A DNA stretch of 64,000 nt. Origin: Dactylosporangium sp. CA-052675. Lineage in GTDB: Bacteria > Actinomycetota > Actinomycetes > Mycobacteriales > Micromonosporaceae. This document shows positions 59,386 through 64,000 of this stretch, one piece after another. The position numbers and the translations under genes are program-made. The notes under the pieces are model-generated. The model worked only from the letters and a program-made list of their open reading frames with translations, made no database searches and was not told the origin of the DNA. The stretch covers positions 3,180,935 to 3,244,934 of the forward strand of contig NZ_CP192010.1 in NCBI RefSeq assembly GCF_050947935.1, given 5' to 3'. Every line of letters starts with the position of its first letter. Within the stretch, counting starts at the first letter, position 1.

Positions 59386-61072
59386 CGGCTAGCCTCGGTC
59401 TTTCGTTATCAGTCGATCATGGCGGCCGGGAGCGGCTTTTTGATCTTTGCTCAGGTTGGTGGGCCGCGTGGGCGTGCTGAAATTCCGGCGCGTTGGCCGG
59501 TTTCCTCCGTGGGTGTCGACGCGATCGGGTGCGGGTGTCAGCCGGTTGGGCGTGGGAGCCCGTTGAGTCGGGTGAACGCGGTGGCTAGATCTGTTGCCCA
59601 TGGCCAGGTTTCGGCGATTCGGAGCCGGGTTTGGCGGGCGGTGTGGGTGATGCGTGCGGCGACGTGCAGGAGTCGGTAGCGCAGCTTCTTCGGTTCGGCG
59701 GTCGCGAGGGCCCCGTTGAGGAGGAGCATCTGGGTCCAGGCGAGCAGGTCGATGCCGGTGAGGGCGAGTTGCAGCCAGGCCTGGTTGATGGCGAAGACGC
59801 GGGACGGGAACCGGCCGAAGCCGGTGTCCTTGCCGGTGCGGATGCGGTCCTCGACGCGGGCGTGGCCGCGGTGGCGGGCCTCGAGGAACTGGGTGCTGCC
59901 GTTGCCGGGTGGGGTGTCGGTGGCGAACACCTGATGGCGGAGGCCTTCGACGGTGTCGAACAGCGACAGTTGCGCGCCGGGGTGCGGCTCTTCGCGACGG
60001 ACGATGAACCGGGTGCCGGGTGGGTAGCCGTCGTCTGGGACGAGGCCGGTCAGTTCGCAGATGTCGGCGCCGTCGCGGGGTTCACCGTCGCCGTCGAGGG
60101 CCGGCACCCATGGCAGGTGCTGTTTGGCGGTGAGGATGGCCTGGCGGATCGGTTCGGTGATCGCGACGCCGACGGAGAACCGGGCGTCGACTCCCTGTTT
60201 GCGGAGGCTGCGGATGTGGGTGAGCAGGCCGTGGGTGCAGCCGGCGGAGTCCGATCGGATCAGGATCGGGGTGCCGTGGCGCATGTGGTCGGGGATCTGG
60301 GTGAGGGCGTCGTCCAGGACGGTGATGTGATCGGCGGTGGTGTTCGACCCGGCCCGGCCCTCACGTAATAGCCCGGACAGCGCTTCGCGGGTGTTGTCCA
60401 GGAAGCAGAACAGCGGGTGGTAGCCGAAATTCTTCTTCCAGGTCGGGGTTGCTGCTTCTTTCTCGGAGTGGCAGATCACGATGGAGGCGTCCAGGTCGAG
60501 GGTCAGGCCCGGGATGGGCAGGCCGGCGGCCGTGGTCTGCGGCAGCCCGCCGTGTGTGTCGATCCGTTGTGCCCACGCGATGTCGCGTGCTTGCGCTCGC
60601 GCAGCGGCCAGCCGGCGCAGTACCGCGCTGTCCATGATGGACAACAGTCGCCACGCGGTCGGGTCCGACGCGACGGGCCCGAACAACGCCGCCTGGTCTC
60701 GGATTACGGCCAGGTCCGAGATCGTTTCGCCGCCGTCGGCGAGCGTCACCGCCAGGTCGACCGCGATCCGGCCCGGGTCGTGGCCGCCGCGACGCTGCCG
60801 CAACCCGGCGAGGGCATCACTGCACGCGCCGGTCAGACCGGTCACATCGGCGATGTCGGTGAGCAGGCGCGCACCGGCATGACCGACGACGCCACGACCG
60901 TCGGCGGACACCACAATCCTCGGACGCGTTCCGGTACGCTTCACCATGCAGGTGCCCTCCGGGCGGGATGGACAAGGACCCTCGACAAGTCCTATCTTCC
61001 CAGCTCAGACGGCACCTGTTCCCATTCGAACCAGCATGTGGGCAGCCCTTAACGAATGACCCGGGCTAGGCT
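59386..61072 (-). mobile_element. IS1380-family insertion sequence (~1.69 kb) with imperfect terminal inverted repeats (left GGCTAGCCTCGGTCTTTCGTTA; right, reverse-complemented, GCCTAGCCCGGGTCATTCGTTA)
   Basis: A single DDE transposase ORF is flanked by IR-like ends. I could not identify a target-site duplication with confidence. Confidence 0.55.
59538..60947 (-). CDS. IS1380-family DDE transposase
   Basis: The 469-aa protein has the N-terminal pattern VKRTGTRPRIVVSADGRGVVGHAGARLL typical of actinobacterial IS1380-family transposases. Confidence 0.7.
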   Translation of the reverse strand: MVKRTGTRPRIVVSADGRGVVGHAGARLLTDIADVTGLTGACSDALAGLRQRRGGHDPGRIAVDLAVTLADGGETISDLAVIRDQAALFGPVASDPTAWRLLSIMDSAVLRRLAAARAQARDIAWAQRIDTHGGLPQTTAAGLPIPGLTLDLDASIVICHSEKEAATPTWKKNFGYHPLFCFLDNTREALSGLLREGRAGSNTTADHITVLDDALTQIPDHMRHGTPILIRSDSAGCTHGLLTHIRSLRKQGVDARFSVGVAITEPIRQAILTAKQHLPWVPALDGDGEPRDGADICELTGLVPDDGYPPGTRFIVRREEPHPGAQLSLFDTVEGLRHQVFATDTPPGNGSTQFLEARHRGHARVEDRIRTGKDTGFGRFPSRVFAINQAWLQLALTGIDLLAWTQMLLLNGALATAEPKKLRYRLLHVAARITHTARQTRLRIAETWPWATDLATAFTRLNGLPRPTG

Positions 61073-61282
61073 GAACCGCATCCGGCCCGGCCTGTCGCCG
61101 GCTTCGACACTCCGCGATCAGCTCCTGGTCGCGCCGCGATGACCCGCCGCGCCCGATCGACGCTCACCTTGGCGAGCGGCCGCTGGAATCTCGCGGCCGC
61201 TGCTTTCACGCGATGCTGCGAACACCTGTCACACATAGCAGTCAATCGATACCGCGCGGACAGAATTGGAACGACACGTGCC

Positions 61283-61585
61283 ATGAAACTCACGCCCAGG
61301 GAAATCGACAAGCTGACGGTGCTCACGCTGGCCCAGATCGCTCAGGCCCGCCGGGCGAAGGGGCTGAAGCTCAACCATCCCGAAGCCGTGGCGGTGATCT
61401 GCGCGGCGGCGCTGGAGGGTGCCCGGGAGGGCAAGACGGTCGAGGACGTGCTGACCGACGCGCGGTCGGTGTTGAGCAAGGCCGACGTGATGGAGGGCGT
61501 CGCCGACCTGGTCCCGTTCGTCCAGGTCGAGGCGGTCTTCACCGACGGCAGCCGGCTGGTCACGGTACACACCCCGATCCAGTAG
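61283..61585 (+). CDS. ureA: urease gamma subunit
   Basis: The sequence [39 protein letters not shown] is canonical for UreA. Confidence 0.85.
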   Translation: MKLTPREIDKLTVLTLAQIAQARRAKGLKLNHPEAVAVICAAALEGAREGKTVEDVLTDARSVLSKADVMEGVADLVPFVQVEAVFTDGSRLVTVHTPIQ

Positions 61586-61663
61586 CGGCACAGCGGACGG
61601 GAATTGACGGCCGCCGGGAACGGGCGGCAGGCCAGGAACGGACAGTAGGAACGGAGGGCCAGA

Positions 61664-62206
61664 ATGCCGAATCCCGAACACAAGGACAGCAGTCACAAGT
61701 CGATCCGGCCGATCGGCGGCTACGTGCTCGCGGAGGACCCGGTGGAGCTCAACGCCGGCCGGCCGGTCTCGACGCTCGAGGTCGTCAATACGGGGGACCG
61801 GCCCGTTCAGGTCGGTTCGCACTACCACTTCTACGAGGTCAATCGCTGCCTCGAGTTCGACCGTGACGCCGCGTTCGGGCGGCGGCTGGACATTCCGGCG
61901 ACCACCGCCGTGCGCTTCGAGCCGGGCGACAAGAAGACCGTGGACCTCGTGCCGTTCGGCGGCAAGCAGCGGGTGTCCGGGTTCAACGGGCTGGTGGACG
62001 GCTGGGCCGGCACCGGCGATGCCGTCGGATATCAGCCCGAGCGGGCCGCGGCGGCGGCCCGGGCCACCATGCGCGGCTTCAAGTCCCGGCCCGCCGCGGA
62101 GTCCCAGAAGAAGGAACCCCAGTCCCGGCCCGCAGCGGAGTCTCAGAAGAAGGAACCCCAGTCCCGGCCCGCCGCGGAGTCCCAGAAGAAGGAACCCCAG
62201 GAGTGA
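61664..62206 (+). CDS. ureB: urease beta subunit with an unusual C-terminal extension carrying 3 tandem copies of [13 protein letters not shown]
   Basis: The UreB core is [15 protein letters not shown]...[12 protein letters not shown] 39-bp repeat is present three times at 62085-62201. Confidence 0.8.
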   Translation: MPNPEHKDSSHKSIRPIGGYVLAEDPVELNAGRPVSTLEVVNTGDRPVQVGSHYHFYEVNRCLEFDRDAAFGRRLDIPATTAVRFEPGDKKTVDLVPFGGKQRVSGFNGLVDGWAGTGDAVGYQPERAAAAARATMRGFKSRPAAESQKKEPQSRPAAESQKKEPQSRPAAESQKKEPQE

Positions 62207-63921
62207 GCCGCATATCCCGGAGCCAGTACGCCGACCTGTACGGTCCGACGCTCGGCGACAAGATCCGGCTGGGCAACACCGACTTGTATGTCGAGATCGA
62301 ACGGGACCTGCGGGTCCTGGGCGACGAGGCCGTCTACGGCGGCGGCAAGACCCTGCGCGACGGCATGGGCATCGACAGCGGGCTGTCCAGCGCCGGCGGC
62401 GCGCTCGATCTCGTCATCACCAACGTCACGATCGTCGATGCGGTGATGGGGGTCGTCAAGGCGGACGTCGGGGTCAAGGACGGCCGCATCGTCGGCGCCG
62501 GCAAGGCGGGCAACCCCAGCACGATGGACGGCGTCACGCCGGACCTGGCCGTGGGCCCGGGCACCGAGGCGATCTCCGGCGAGCACCTCATCCTGACCGC
62601 GGCCGGCATCGACGCGCACGTGCACTACATCTCGCCGCAGCAGGTGTACGACGCGCTCAGCAACGGCATCACCACCCTGTGGGGCGGCGGCGTCGGCCCG
62701 ACGGACGGCACCAACGGCACCACGATCTCCCCGGGGGTGTGGAACCTGCACACCATGATGCGGGCCGTCGAGGATCTCCCGATCAACTTCGGGTTCCTGG
62801 GGAAGGGAAGCTGCTCCTCGCGCGGCCCGCTCGACGAGCAGATCATCGCCGGCGCGGCCGGGCTCAAGATCCACGAGGACTGGGGCGCGACGCCCGCTGT
62901 GATCCGGGCCGCGCTGCGCGCCGCCGACGACTTCGACGTCCAGATCAGCCTGCACACGGACACGCTCAACGAGAGCGGATACGTCGAGGACACCATCGCG
63001 GCGTTCGAGGGCCGCACGATCCACACCTTCCACACCGAGGGCGCGGGCGGCGGGCACGCGCCGGACATCATCAAGGTCGCGGGTCAGCGCAACGTCCTGC
63101 CGAGCTCGACGAACCCGACGCTGCCGTACGGGGTCAACTCCCAGTCCGAGCTGTTCGACATGATCATGTTCTGTCACAATCTCAACCCGCGGATCCCCTC
63201 GGACGTCGCGTTCGCCGAGAGCCGGGTCCGGCCCGAGACGATGGCCGCCGAGAACGTCCTGCACGACCTCGGCGCCATCTCGATGATCTCCAGCGACAGC
63301 CAGGCGATGGGGCGGGTGGGCGAGAGCTTCCTGCGCGCTGTCCAGCTCGCGCAGGCCATGAAGGAAGCCCGGGGCAAGCTCGAGGAGGACTCGCCCGACA
63401 ACGACAACTTCCGCGTCCTGCGGTACCTCGCGAAGGTGACCATCAACCCGGCCATCACCCAGGGCGTGGCCCACGTGCTGGGCTCGATCGAGCCGGGCAA
63501 GCTCGCCGACCTCGTGCTGTGGGAGCCGGCCTTCTTCGGCGCCAAACCGAAGCTGGTCCTCAAGGGCGGCATCGTCAGCTGGGCGGCCGCCGGCAGCTCG
63601 GACGCGTCGCTGCCGCTGACCGAGCCCGTCATCTACAAGCCGATGTTCGGGGCGACCGGCTCGGCGCTGTCGCAGAGCTGCGTGACGTTCGTGTCGCGGG
63701 CCGGCCACGAGGCCGGCGTCGCCGCCAAGCTCGGCCTGCGGCGGCAGGTCATGCCGGTGCAGGGCACGCGCTCGCTGACCAAGCGGGACATGGTGCGCAA
63801 CGACCTCACTCCGCGGATCGACGTGGACCCGGAGACCTTCGCCGTCAAGGTCGACGGCGTGCATGCCACCGTGCCGCCGGCCTCGTCGCTGTCCATGAAC
63901 CAGTTGTACTTCTTCAGCTGA
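62203..63921 (+). CDS. ureC: urease alpha subunit
   Basis: The GTG start overlaps the ureB stop. Canonical motifs are present: the nickel-ligand residues in GIDAHVHY, the carbamylated-lysine region, and MVCHNL-type flap residues (MFCHNL). Confidence 0.9.
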   Translation: MSRISRSQYADLYGPTLGDKIRLGNTDLYVEIERDLRVLGDEAVYGGGKTLRDGMGIDSGLSSAGGALDLVITNVTIVDAVMGVVKADVGVKDGRIVGAGKAGNPSTMDGVTPDLAVGPGTEAISGEHLILTAAGIDAHVHYISPQQVYDALSNGITTLWGGGVGPTDGTNGTTISPGVWNLHTMMRAVEDLPINFGFLGKGSCSSRGPLDEQIIAGAAGLKIHEDWGATPAVIRAALRAADDFDVQISLHTDTLNESGYVEDTIAAFEGRTIHTFHTEGAGGGHAPDIIKVAGQRNVLPSSTNPTLPYGVNSQSELFDMIMFCHNLNPRIPSDVAFAESRVRPETMAAENVLHDLGAISMISSDSQAMGRVGESFLRAVQLAQAMKEARGKLEEDSPDNDNFRVLRYLAKVTINPAITQGVAHVLGSIEPGKLADLVLWEPAFFGAKPKLVLKGGIVSWAAAGSSDASLPLTEPVIYKPMFGATGSALSQSCVTFVSRAGHEAGVAAKLGLRRQVMPVQGTRSLTKRDMVRNDLTPRIDVDPETFAVKVDGVHATVPPASSLSMNQLYFFS

Positions 63922-63962
63922 TGCCGGCGCGCACGCTGATGGTGCCGTGATGCGGAGGGAAC

Positions 63963-64000
63963 ATGTTCGTCGAATCTGTGTTGGGCAACGCCGCCGAGCC
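63963..64000 (+). CDS. start of the next ure-operon gene (possibly an accessory gene, ureF/ureG); truncated by the window end
   Basis: An ATG at 63963 follows ureC by 41 bp; only 12 codons are visible. Confidence 0.25.
   Translation, partial: MFVESVLGNAAE

Noticed and set aside
61021-61060. A GGTTCGAATGG string resembling a tRNA T-loop
   Set aside because: No matching T-stem, acceptor stem or anticodon arm can be folded. It lies inside the IS right end.

Overview
This is a 64 kb high-GC (about 70%) actinomycete chromosomal segment. Gene content suggests a Micromonosporaceae/Actinoplanes-type organism, but that is an inference. Coding density is high and nearly every intergenic space holds repeats or palindromes. 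In order along the window:
(1) A sensory/regulatory stretch: flavoprotein fragment, CaCA antiporter, CHASE3 histidine kinase, TetR regulator.
(2) A glycan-utilisation neighbourhood with several secreted hydrolases: CocE/NonD hydrolase, prolyl aminopeptidase-like hydrolase, a GH10 xylanase at the 3' end of a sugar ABC transporter operon, an SGNH esterase with an F5/8-C domain, a PA14-SGL-CBM-ricin-DUF1080 mosaic protein, an esterase, and a CBM2-GH5 cellulase.
(3) A short AT-richer island of SUKH-, DUF4279- and DUF1963-type putative immunity genes at 14.0-16.7 kb.
(4) A DUF2334 deacetylase-like + GT4 glycosyltransferase pair, a membrane protein and a GNAT acetyltransferase.
(5) A three-gene minus-strand operon at 26.1-33.7 kb, NfeD-like -> flotillin -> 1,631-aa AAA+ ATPase giant protein. 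The genes are translationally coupled and I consider this the best candidate for an undescribed system.
(6) A PnuC transporter, an LAXTG-anchored NHL/FN3 surface protein with internal repeats, an EAL+HDOD c-di-GMP protein, and an IPT/TIG + beta-propeller lectin protein.
(7) A complete chemosensory operon, cheW-cheR-cheD-cheB-short MCP-cheY-STAS-cheA, with a convergent full MCP. The embedded STAS (partner-switching) gene is unusual.
(8) A frameshifted DUF4118 sensor kinase, an IS1380-family insertion sequence, and the start of a urease operon (ureA, ureB with a C-terminal 13-aa tandem-repeat tail, ureC).
I saw no rRNA, tRNA or CRISPR array.
Several long ORFs in the six-frame track are alternative-frame artefacts of the GC-rich sequence and were not called.
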